Shown: positions 18,586 to 26,609 of the stretch, one piece after another
How the letters are laid out: each line of letters starts with the position of its first letter
Numbering within the stretch: the first letter of the stretch is position 1
Assembly (NCBI GenBank): GCA_016206155.1
Contig: JACQSC010000001.1
Coordinates: 5,105-69,104, forward strand
DNA: 64,000 nucleotides
Source: Candidatus Uhrbacteria bacterium
GTDB lineage: Bacteria; Patescibacteriota; Patescibacteriia; JACQRZ01
Direction of reading: 5' to 3'
The notes under the pieces: model-generated
Database searches by the model: none
What the model saw: only the letters and a program-made list of their open reading frames with translations
What the model was told of the DNA's origin: nothing
Position numbers and translations under genes: made by a program

Positions 18586-18762
18586 TTACGCAGTTGGCAC
18601 ATTTCTTCGTTACCGCCTCCGGTACGGGGACACCGTACCACCAGAGTACGCCTTACTCCGTTCCTCGGCGGCGCCTTGAACTGCACTCAACTGCGTAAGT
18701 CGTATGCAAACTCACATTATTTGGTATACTGTCCTCATCATCTGATATTACTCCGCCACTGT

Positions 18763-19734
18763 ATGCAATCATCGTTTTCACAAATGGCATTCCTTAGGAA
18801 GTTAACATCTTTGTATGAGCGCCAGCTCGTTCAAGAAAAGAAGGCTGCCGAGCTTATCAAACAAGAGATCAAGAGTTGTGACATTCCATTTTTTGTCCAA
18901 CGGTTCGCGACACAGGTGCCGGTGTTTATTTCTTCAAAGGTAGTCGCTGATGGCAAGCTGATCCCTTCCTTCCCAACCTCATTTGTGAGCGGGACCATTA
19001 CCGACAACCATCATCTGGTAAGTTCACTGATCAGCTCACAGCGCCTTATTGGGGACGCAAACATTAACTTTAATCCGGTATGCAATGGCATTTCTCGCAG
19101 TAACCATTACTTTGCGCCCTCTGTCGCGGTATCACGCGATTCGCTCCCAGCGTTATGTAAAGCAAAGAAAATCAGAGCGGACATAAAAGTAAAGAAACAG
19201 TCGTACACATCGGAGAATATTCTCATTGGTAACCGTAAGAATCCAAAAAATATTCTCGTCTGCCACTATGATTCATTCGGGCCGGGAGCAATTGATAACG
19301 CCTCGGGAACGACGGTTCTTTTGAATCTCGCCATTACATTTCCAAGTCTTTTAGGACACACTCTTTTTGTGATCGGTGGCAACGAAGAGCTTTCATATGA
19401 TCAGCCGATTTATTGGGGGCGCGGATATCGGATGTTTGAAAAAAATTATACGCCCCAACTGCAAAAGGCGCGCGCGATCTATGTTGTTGATTGTGTGGGA
19501 AATGGAAAAACAACTTTTGATTATCGTACCGATATCGCGCGTCTTGGATTTCCGATAAAGAATCTTGAAAGGTGGCAGAAAAAAATCGCTCTTGTGTACG
19601 GGGATTTTGAAAAATTGATGAAGGTGTATCATAGCGATTTGGATACCGCCGATCTTGTGAATGAAAAATATTTGGATGACGCGACACAAGAATTGCTTAA
19701 ACGAATAGCATCAAGCGCTGGCGCTGATCTCTAA
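18763..19734 (+). CDS. M28-family zinc peptidase (aminopeptidase-like)
   Basis: Motifs HYDS and GAIDNASG; start chosen at an internal ATG because the annotated 5' extension overlaps an inverted repeat. Confidence 0.6.
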   Translation: MQSSFSQMAFLRKLTSLYERQLVQEKKAAELIKQEIKSCDIPFFVQRFATQVPVFISSKVVADGKLIPSFPTSFVSGTITDNHHLVSSLISSQRLIGDANINFNPVCNGISRSNHYFAPSVAVSRDSLPALCKAKKIRADIKVKKQSYTSENILIGNRKNPKNILVCHYDSFGPGAIDNASGTTVLLNLAITFPSLLGHTLFVIGGNEELSYDQPIYWGRGYRMFEKNYTPQLQKARAIYVVDCVGNGKTTFDYRTDIARLGFPIKNLERWQKKIALVYGDFEKLMKVYHSDLDTADLVNEKYLDDATQELLKRIASSAGADL

Positions 19735-19776
19735 CATGAAAGGCGATCGGGGTATCGCGGTTGTTGGGACGGAAGA

Positions 19777-19905
19777 TTGATGTATTATCCCGAGATTGGC
19801 GGCGTGCGCATTGAAGATGTGGTTGTTGTTACCGAGGATCGATGCCAGAATTTGACCGATGAGCCGAAGGAGTATATAATCGAATACATAAAATATTTTT
19901 TCGAG
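19777..19905 (+). pseudogene. 3' remnant of an M24 (Xaa-Pro aminopeptidase/MetAP-like) gene fused in frame to the next gene
   Basis: Encodes GVRIEDVVVVTEDRCQNLT, the conserved C-terminus of M24 peptidases; no upstream body is present. Confidence 0.4.
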
Positions 19906-20154
19906 ATGGCATCAACCAATTTAAAACACATAACCTGCGACCCTTCTATCCTTGGAGGAAAACCAGTAATACGCGGGACGCGCATTTCTGTTGAATTTAT
20001 TCTTGAGCTTCTGCATTCGGGAATGGCGCTGAATGATATTCTCAAGGAGTATCCGCATCTTAAACGGCGGGATCTGGAGGCGGCAATTGCGTTTGCCAGG
20101 CATGCGGTATCGCGCGAGGAAGTGATTCATTTTGAATTAGCAACCGCTCGCTAA
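19906..20154 (+). CDS. DUF433-family (antitoxin-like) protein
   Basis: Segment ILGGKPVIRGTRISVEFILELL typical of DUF433. Confidence 0.55.
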   Translation: MASTNLKHITCDPSILGGKPVIRGTRISVEFILELLHSGMALNDILKEYPHLKRRDLEAAIAFARHAVSREEVIHFELATAR

Positions 20155-20157
20155 GAT

Positions 20158-20385
20158 ATGCGTTTTCTTGCCGATGAGAACATTCTCACGCACGACAAGG
20201 ATTTTACATACCAAGAAAAGGTGCCGGTAATTTTGTTGCGTTTTAGAGATCAGAAACCGATCAACGTCAAAAGGGGATTAATCGGATTTTTTGATCGTCC
20301 AGAAGTTGGGAGACTTAAAAAATCGATTACCGCTGTGCTGTCAGAGTACGGCGTTGAATTCCATAAACCGTTTGAATTGCGATGA
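20158..20385 (+). CDS. DUF5615/PIN-like (Mut7-C type) putative toxin
   Basis: N-terminus MRFLADENI; adjacent to the DUF433 partner. Confidence 0.45.
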   Translation: MRFLADENILTHDKDFTYQEKVPVILLRFRDQKPINVKRGLIGFFDRPEVGRLKKSITAVLSEYGVEFHKPFELR

Positions 20386-21503
20386 CCAAAGAGTCACTCA
20401 AACAGACATTCCTTGAATTGGTTGCGATTAACAGCCACCATCCCGACGAGGCAGAGATTGCGAAGTATATCTGCGCTTTTTTTGATAGATCCGGAATACA
20501 ATGGAAGAAGGATTCGTTTGAAAATATTTTTGCCTCTATTCCCGGTGAGGGCGAACCGGTGTTGCTGTCGACCCATATTGATATTCCCGAACCGGCGCCG
20601 CACGTCAATCCTGTTTTTGAGGGTGATATCATTCGCTCTGACGGTACGAGTATCTTGGGTGCCGATCCCAAAACCGGCCTTGCGGTGATCCTTGAATTCG
20701 CCCGTGATTTGAAATTGGTGAAATTGGTGTCAAGTCCGAATTTCGAACAAAATTCGGACTTGACACCAATTTCGGCGCACGCGCCGGTTGAGATTTTGCT
20801 TACGCGCGGGGAAGAGAAGGGACTTCTTGGCGCGCTGAACGCTGACTATTCACTTCTGAAATCAAAAATAGGTTTTTGTCTTGACGAAGATGGGCCCGTG
20901 AATCAAGTAACGGTGAAGGCGCCAGGGTATGTGCGTTTTGACGCGTCATTCACCGGAAAAGTTGTGCATACGCGCGAGCCGGAAAAGGGGATTAACGCAC
21001 TCCAGGTGTTCTGTCATGCGGTACGCGATCTACCGTGGGGATACGCTTGTGACGGGGTTACCTGGAATATCGGACAATTCCAATCAGGCACTGCGCGCAA
21101 CAGCGTACCGAGGTACGCTGAGGTACACGCGGAGCTTCGGGGTTTTGACACCGAGAAATTGCGCAGGGAAGCGCAGCGCATCGCGGAACGTTTCTGCAAA
21201 ACAGCAGAGCAGTTTGGTGCGACCTGCGATGTGCAGCACAATGTGATGTTTGAGGGATATGACATCGATCGGAACCATCCGCTGTTTGCGCGGATGAACG
21301 TGGTATATGAGAAGATGGGCTTGACCCAGCAGTATCATGAAACCTACGGTGGTAGCGATGTCAATGTTTTTATTGCAAAAGGAATTACCGCAGTCACGCT
21401 CGGATCCGGCTACTACAACGCGCACGAATACACCGAGTATGCAGACCTTGCAGATATGGCGCAGATTTATACATTCTTGACAGAATTTTTGAGGGTGCAA
21501 TAA
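20382..21503 (+). CDS. M20-family metallopeptidase (PepT/ArgE/DapE clan) carrying an in-frame palindromic insertion
   Basis: M20 motifs (STHIDIP, GADPKTGLAVILE, EEKGLLGA). Confidence 0.7.
   Translation: MTKESLKQTFLELVAINSHHPDEAEIAKYICAFFDRSGIQWKKDSFENIFASIPGEGEPVLLSTHIDIPEPAPHVNPVFEGDIIRSDGTSILGADPKTGLAVILEFARDLKLVKLVSSPNFEQNSDLTPISAHAPVEILLTRGEEKGLLGALNADYSLLKSKIGFCLDEDGPVNQVTVKAPGYVRFDASFTGKVVHTREPEKGINALQVFCHAVRDLPWGYACDGVTWNIGQFQSGTARNSVPRYAEVHAELRGFDTEKLRREAQRIAERFCKTAEQFGATCDVQHNVMFEGYDIDRNHPLFARMNVVYEKMGLTQQYHETYGGSDVNVFIAKGITAVTLGSGYYNAHEYTEYADLADMAQIYTFLTEFLRVQ
20712..20772. repeat. 52-nt perfect palindrome with a 9-nt tandem leader, inserted in frame in the M20 peptidase
   Basis: aaattggtgtcaagtccgaatttcgaacaaaattcggacttgacaccaattt preceded by a gaaattggt duplication; encodes about 25 extra residues between conserved M20 motifs. 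Confidence 0.7.
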
Positions 21504-21640
21504 TGAAGTTATGATCCAGAAGAATACACAATTAGTCGCGGCCACTCCATGGCATCGTCCGCGAATCCGGCAAACAGCTGGCTGATTTGTGTATTCAAAG
21601 GTAAATTTGTAAAAAAGAGTTTCAAGTCACACAAAAAAGT

Positions 21641-21661
21641 CCAGCTGAATGCTGGGTTTTT
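21641..21661 (+). terminator. weak intrinsic terminator (ccagc-tgaat-gctgg + T5)
   Basis: Short stem followed by ttttt. Confidence 0.3.
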
Positions 21662-21750
21662 CATTTGAGGTGGTTTGAAACTTTTTTTATTTAATAAGAC
21701 GATTTTCAGACCGCGTCACGAGGTCTGAACTATGGCAGAGGAGGTACGCC

Positions 21751-21909
21751 ATGCAGGTTCGTGGGCATATGGATTGGGATCTGGAGCAAGACCAGTATCC
21801 CGTCGTCATCAAGCTTACCGACGAGAACAGAGGTTTGCAGAAAGGAGGTGAGAGCGATGATGAGTTGGCCGCGTCGGCCCCATCTGTGGCCCCCGCGCTA
21901 GTCCGGTAA
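21751..21909 (+). CDS. possible 52-aa small ORF with a strong SD (GGAGGT) in a GC-rich non-coding island
   Basis: SD and spacing are good; it overlaps a 14-codon mini-ORF in another frame, so coding status is uncertain. Confidence 0.2.
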   Translation: MQVRGHMDWDLEQDQYPVVIKLTDENRGLQKGGESDDELAASAPSVAPALVR

Positions 21910-22070
21910 CAGGCTAGCAGCAGACCCCGCCGATTCGCGAAAGCGTTTCGGCGGGGCCCACCACCCGCTATGATACGTTTTTCATCAATTTTTACAATAC
22001 TACAGCCATATCATCACTATCCTCTGTCTTTCGAGAGAGGGTAGTGTTTGTGTTGTTTTTATGAACACTG

Positions 22071-22101
22071 CCCCTTCTCGAAAGAGGAGGGGCGTTTTTC
22101 T
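22071..22101 (+). terminator. intrinsic terminator (ccccttctc-gaaa-gaggagggg + T-run)
   Basis: 9-bp stem followed by cgtttttct. Confidence 0.45.
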
Positions 22102-22269
22102 GTCGTCAGGAGGCGGCAGGCGCTCGCGGAAAGTAGAAAGGAGGTGCGCAATGCACCCGCGTTACCCGCACAACTAGCCTAGTCGGCTAGCCTCGCCCCG
22201 CCGTTCGCACCAGAGCGTTCGGCGGGGTATATTTATGGCTGAGATCCGATCTCAGCCATGAGTCTTGTT

Positions 22270-22298
22270 TGATAGTGAAAAGTGTGGTATAATGAATA
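22270..22298 (+). promoter_or_regulatory. putative promoter with extended -10 (TGgTATAAT)
   Basis: TTGATA-like -35 and tggtataat upstream of ORF 22344. Confidence 0.3.
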
Positions 22299-22343
22299 TA
22301 TGATGGCGCGTAGCGAGAAGCGCTTAGATTTTGTTTTGACCGT

Positions 22344-22571
22344 ATGTATACCTGGGACTACAACCTGCCGAAAAACTGGAAACCGCAGACCCGCGATGAA
22401 TGGGTGTGGTTTCTTGAGCGCAAAATACATTATGATGATTGGAAGGGGGTGCGTCCGTGGATGCTAAAAAAATATGCCCGCGCGCTCAAACTCGATCCGG
22501 CAAAACGGCTCTTTGTTGGCGCATATCTCGATCGCTATGGCAAAAAAATCGCAATTCAAGCTGACCAATGA
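22344..22571 (+). CDS. hypothetical 75-aa protein (possible partner of the downstream nucleotidyltransferase)
   Basis: Trp-rich small ORF overlapping the next gene. Confidence 0.3.
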   Translation: MYTWDYNLPKNWKPQTRDEWVWFLERKIHYDDWKGVRPWMLKKYARALKLDPAKRLFVGAYLDRYGKKIAIQADQ

Positions 22572-23226
22572 GCAGAAAATTATTCTGCAGGTTCTTGCAC
22601 AATCACCGCTCCGCAAGCGCCTCTATTGGACTGGAGGGACGGCGCTTGCGTATTTTTATCTTCACCATCGAGGATCGTACGACGTTGATCTCTTTTCTGA
22701 TACGCAATTGGCTTTGAGCGAACTGTTGCCGTTCGCGCGCGATGCCGCAGAAGCGCTATCGCTCAAAAAGTTTGAACCAAAGAGAATTCACGACCGTTTT
22801 GAGTTTATCTTTACCAATGGGCAGGAGACGCGTCTTGATTGCGTGTGGTATCAATTTCCCGCGCTCAAAAAGCGCAAAGAATGGGAGGGGATTTTGGTTG
22901 ACTCATTTGAGGATATGGTTGCCAATAAAACAATCGCGCTCATGGAACGGCGAGAGGGGAAGGATGTTTTTGATATATACACGCTGTTAAAAAAAAAGCT
23001 GATTACGGTGCCCTCTCTGCTTGAACTGGTAAGAAAAAAATTCGGTGCCGGTATCCACGAGGAAACAATCTTGGCAGACGGGCTTCTTGCATGTAATAAA
23101 CTGAAAAACATTCGGCCAATGCTTTTTGGCTCTGAGAAGGAACAAGAAAAGCAAGTACTTGATGTCGTGAATTTTTTCAAGGATCATGCGGCGCAGCGAC
23201 TTCATTCATTAATTGAAGATCTATGA
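22537..23226 (+). CDS. AbiEii/DUF1814-like nucleotidyltransferase (putative type IV toxin)
   Basis: NTase motif WTGGTALAYFYLHHRGSYDVDLFS. Confidence 0.5.
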   Translation: MAKKSQFKLTNEQKIILQVLAQSPLRKRLYWTGGTALAYFYLHHRGSYDVDLFSDTQLALSELLPFARDAAEALSLKKFEPKRIHDRFEFIFTNGQETRLDCVWYQFPALKKRKEWEGILVDSFEDMVANKTIALMERREGKDVFDIYTLLKKKLITVPSLLELVRKKFGAGIHEETILADGLLACNKLKNIRPMLFGSEKEQEKQVLDVVNFFKDHAAQRLHSLIEDL

Positions 23227-23918
23227 AAAAATCACACTATCGCATACTCGTGCGTGCGGCGGGATTGATTCTTATTGTTGGCATCGCTATTGGCGCTGTC
23301 ATGGCAGTCCGTGAGCAAAACAAATCAGCGCGGAGATCGCTGCTGTCAGAACAGGCGCAGGAAAAGGCGGTGTCGCCGGAATTATCGTCAAAGCCGATTG
23401 TTCGCGAGAACAAGGGAGTAACTGAGATTTCTCTGCCAAGCGCACCGGAAGTCACTACACAGGCGACCATTGAGGAGCTGAAAGAATTCCGGAAGCGGAG
23501 CGAAGAATTGGAGCGCACTGTCGCGGCGCTGACGAAGGAAAAGAAAGAGAGCGAACTTGTGGTGGGGCTTGGCGACGCGCCATTGAAGGTAGAGCCGCTG
23601 TATACGTTTGAGCAACAGCAAAAAGGATTGATCGGGCGCGAGAGCTTGCCAGAGGATAGTGGTATGCTCTATATCTTCCAAATGGATGATTCGGGACGCC
23701 TTTTTGGCACAAAGGGAATGAAGTTTCCCGTCGATATCATCTGGGCGAACAACGATCGAACCGTTGTGCATATTCACAAAAACGTCCCGCCGAATTTTGT
23801 CGATGACCTTAAAAGTCTCTGGCCCGCACGCTATGTACTGGAAGTGAACGGCGGATATGCAGATAAGCACGGGATAGATGTTGGTGATACCATCGACCTA
23901 TCCAAGATACCACATTGA
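23223..23918 (+). CDS. DUF192 (COG1430) domain protein with N-terminal TM and coiled coil
   Basis: C-terminal DUF192-like block (MLYIF..VDIIWAN..VLEVNGG). Confidence 0.55.
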   Translation: MKKSHYRILVRAAGLILIVGIAIGAVMAVREQNKSARRSLLSEQAQEKAVSPELSSKPIVRENKGVTEISLPSAPEVTTQATIEELKEFRKRSEELERTVAALTKEKKESELVVGLGDAPLKVEPLYTFEQQQKGLIGRESLPEDSGMLYIFQMDDSGRLFGTKGMKFPVDIIWANNDRTVVHIHKNVPPNFVDDLKSLWPARYVLEVNGGYADKHGIDVGDTIDLSKIPH

Positions 23919-23922
23919 AAAA

Positions 23923-24006
23923 AGGGTATAGCGTTTAGGGTACAGGGTATAGGGGGGGGGAATTCTCTTCTAAACCCTAAACCCTAAACCCTAAACCCTA
24001 AACCCT
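23923..24006. repeat. inverted heptamer arrays: G-rich TTTAGGG/AGGGTAYA block followed by (CCCTAAA)x4
   Basis: gggtatagcgtttagggtacagggtataggggggggg ... ctaaaccctaaaccctaaaccctaaaccctg; the two halves are mutually complementary. Confidence 0.8.
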
Positions 24007-24954
24007 GTGACTGTTTTTGCCTACATCATCGCGCTGTTCTTCCTCTTCTACCTCTTGGGCAAGAGCGCGGATGTTGTTGTCAAGCGAGTGCGACTCATTT
24101 CTGAACGGCTCGGTATCCGCTTGTTTCTCCTCGGCATTATCTTGGGGCTTTTTACCTCGTTGCCGGAAATTTCCATCGGCATCAACTCGCTGGTTGACGA
24201 CGTTCCCGACCTGTCGCTGGGAAATCTCATGGGCGGATTTATAGTGCTCTTTGGCCTCATCATGGGGGTGAGCTTGATTTTGAATAAGCGCATTAAAACT
24301 GACGGAAATCTTTGGCACTACGCGCCGATTTTGATTTATTTTTTCCTCCCGTTCCTCTTTGTTCTCGATGGACACATCCAACGACAAGAGAGCCTCGTGC
24401 TTATCGCGGCGTACGTCGGTCTGCTGATTCATCTGTACCGTGCCTACCACAAAGAAGTTTCAACAGAGAAGAGAGATGTCGAATTTCGCCTTCCTCAGAT
24501 ATTTAACGATATGCTCATCATCCTCGTTGGGCTCATCGCCGTCACGCTCATTTCCAATGTCATTGTTCGCATCACGGAGGGGCTGCTTGTTGAGGCCCAT
24601 GTGTCACAATTCTTCATCGGCGTTCTGCTTTTTTCAGTGGGCACGAACCTTCCCGAGATTATTGTTGCTTTTCGCGCGTGGCAGAAGCACATGAAAGAGC
24701 TCACGCTCGCGCATCTTTCGGGTTCCGCGATGACCGATCCGTTGTTGATCGGCATTTTTTCTTTTATTCAGCCCTATACGATCGAGGTTAATGGGTCGTA
24801 TATGCTTTTTTTCTTTTTTAATTTTGTGCTGTTTGTGCTTGTCGGGATATTTTATAAAACCGGTAAAGTATTGTCACGAACAGAGGGGATTGTGCTCTTG
24901 GGGATCTATCTGTTGTTTCTGTATGTTGAGATTACTTTTGGATTGAAGTTCTAA
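24007..24954 (+). CDS. Ca2+/Na+ antiporter (CaCA/YrbG family)
   Basis: Two alpha-repeat signatures (GNLMGG..; VGTNLPEIIVAF); GTG start abutting the repeat. Confidence 0.7.
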   Translation: MTVFAYIIALFFLFYLLGKSADVVVKRVRLISERLGIRLFLLGIILGLFTSLPEISIGINSLVDDVPDLSLGNLMGGFIVLFGLIMGVSLILNKRIKTDGNLWHYAPILIYFFLPFLFVLDGHIQRQESLVLIAAYVGLLIHLYRAYHKEVSTEKRDVEFRLPQIFNDMLIILVGLIAVTLISNVIVRITEGLLVEAHVSQFFIGVLLFSVGTNLPEIIVAFRAWQKHMKELTLAHLSGSAMTDPLLIGIFSFIQPYTIEVNGSYMLFFFFNFVLFVLVGIFYKTGKVLSRTEGIVLLGIYLLFLYVEITFGLKF

Positions 24955-25184
24955 TGACTCAGTTTATGAAGATTGCCGTACAAGTAAAAACACCTGCGCG
25001 AAAGAATGAGGTTGTGAAGGTCGATGACGGCACGTATCGTGTTGCAGTAACAGCCCCTCCCATGGAAGGGAAAGCGAACAAAGCCGTAATTGATCTTTTG
25101 GCAGAATATTTTGATGTGCCAAAATCACAGATAGAGATAACGAAAGGTCAAACATCGCGCCAAAAGCATTTTATGATTCATTGA
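24954..25184 (+). CDS. DUF167/YggU-family protein
   Basis: 76 aa with AV.V.A.P..GKAN..VI..LA...V signature. Confidence 0.6.
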   Translation: MTQFMKIAVQVKTPARKNEVVKVDDGTYRVAVTAPPMEGKANKAVIDLLAEYFDVPKSQIEITKGQTSRQKHFMIH

Positions 25185-25303
25185 CACATGCGCTTGACAG
25201 CCTTACAGTGACTCTATCTCGTATGGAGCGCCTGCCACATTACAGAGTCTAAGAACACGCGACCGGTTCAGGCGAATAAGACGACGGCAACCAAATAATA
25301 TCT

Positions 25304-26167
25304 ATGTCAGAGGATGTAACACAAAAAGGCGACGCCGCAGAGAAACCAAGGCCGGCGAAGCTCGATAGGAACGTTCTTGGGAGAATCCGGCTGATTGTCG
25401 ATGGAGAAGACGGGAAAAGCGGCATCGGCGCTTTGGCGCGTCGCGTTGAGGCGCTTGACAAGGACGCAGAGCGGTTGCGTGAGGAAAGGCAGAAGGCGCG
25501 GGAGGTTGTTGACAACATGAAAGAGCGAAGCGGAGAGCTTATTGGAGCTCTTCATGCGCTTTTTACGCGCGCGCAGGCAACACTGCAAAAAACCGAAGAA
25601 AAATGCGCATCAGTCGAACAGGAAATACGGGAAAAGAGCAGCATGGTCTGCGACGGAATTGCAGTCATTGAAAAGATCGTGGACGAATACGCAAAAAACG
25701 AAAGACAGTATCAAGCGGCAGAGCAGATGCAAAAAATTCTTGAAAAAATGAAGGTATTTGCCGGTATCTGCGAGACTGTTCTCCATAGCATTGCGCGGTT
25801 GCAGAAGAGTGGGAAAGCCGGAGAGATAACGGTAGCGCGTGAGCTTTTTGGCCGGAATGTCTCTTTATTACAGTCTATGCTGGGTGAGTATCAGCATCAG
25901 GCTGAGAAGAATCCACGCGTGCGCGGCGATCTTCCAACCGATTTTTCAGAAATAATTATCAAAGGAAACTTCACAGAGGCAAAAAAACATATTGATGAGA
26001 CGCTCTCTTCGCTTAAAGAAAAGATGGGCGGATACGTCGCTGGCATAAAGAGGAATTTGCCCGACAATCTCGGCGCTCTTTTGACAGAAAAGGAAAAGAA
26101 TTATTTTGAACAGCGCGCGCACGCATCAAGCAATGACAATACAGACCTTTCAAAAAATAATTCTTGA
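25304..26167 (+). CDS. hypothetical coiled-coil protein
   Basis: 287 aa, E/K/Q-rich with heptad character. Confidence 0.45.
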   Translation: MSEDVTQKGDAAEKPRPAKLDRNVLGRIRLIVDGEDGKSGIGALARRVEALDKDAERLREERQKAREVVDNMKERSGELIGALHALFTRAQATLQKTEEKCASVEQEIREKSSMVCDGIAVIEKIVDEYAKNERQYQAAEQMQKILEKMKVFAGICETVLHSIARLQKSGKAGEITVARELFGRNVSLLQSMLGEYQHQAEKNPRVRGDLPTDFSEIIIKGNFTEAKKHIDETLSSLKEKMGGYVAGIKRNLPDNLGALLTEKEKNYFEQRAHASSNDNTDLSKNNS

Positions 26168-26173
26168 GCCGAT

Positions 26174-26377
26174 GTGCAAGATTTTGTTAGAGAGAAGCTT
26201 GCTTTTTTTGCTTCGTGCGACGCCCCTCTTTTGTTTGCAAAGAAGCTTAAGGGATCAAAACACATCTATCGTTTTCGCATCGGTAATTATCGCGCAGTAT
26301 TTCGTATTGAACGTTCGACCTGCATTTTTTTGACCGTGAAGGATCGAAAAGATGTGTATCTGGGTTTGTCATTGTGA
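26174..26377 (+). CDS. RelE/ParE-family toxin (short form), apparently orphan
   Basis: HIYRFRIGNYRAVFRIE..IFLTVKDRKDVY matches the RelE/ParE C-terminal core; no obvious antitoxin upstream. Confidence 0.5.
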   Translation: MQDFVREKLAFFASCDAPLLFAKKLKGSKHIYRFRIGNYRAVFRIERSTCIFLTVKDRKDVYLGLSL

Positions 26378-26609
26378 TGTCACTATATACCACGACTTAC
26401 AGCAGGCGCGGGGGAAACGGTGACTGTCCCCGTTTCTACCCCGTTTCTACGACGGCTTATGGTTGAAAGAGTTATGCACAGCCGTTGCTTCTTGACGCCG
26501 TTTTTATCTGCTATACTGGTGGCATGAGGAAATTTTTCTCTCACATTTTTTATTCATACACACGGTGAAGACGCGTAAGTCTTCATTTTTATTTATGTCA
26601 AGAAACACT

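Noticed and set aside
23923-24006. Possible CRISPR array, suggested by the short direct heptamer repeats (also at 3505, 38744, 42884, 58818)
   Set aside because: The units are 7 nt with no spacers, and each array is under 40 nt. There are no cas genes apart from a solo Cas4-like nuclease. These are simple heptamer or telomere-like arrays, not CRISPR.
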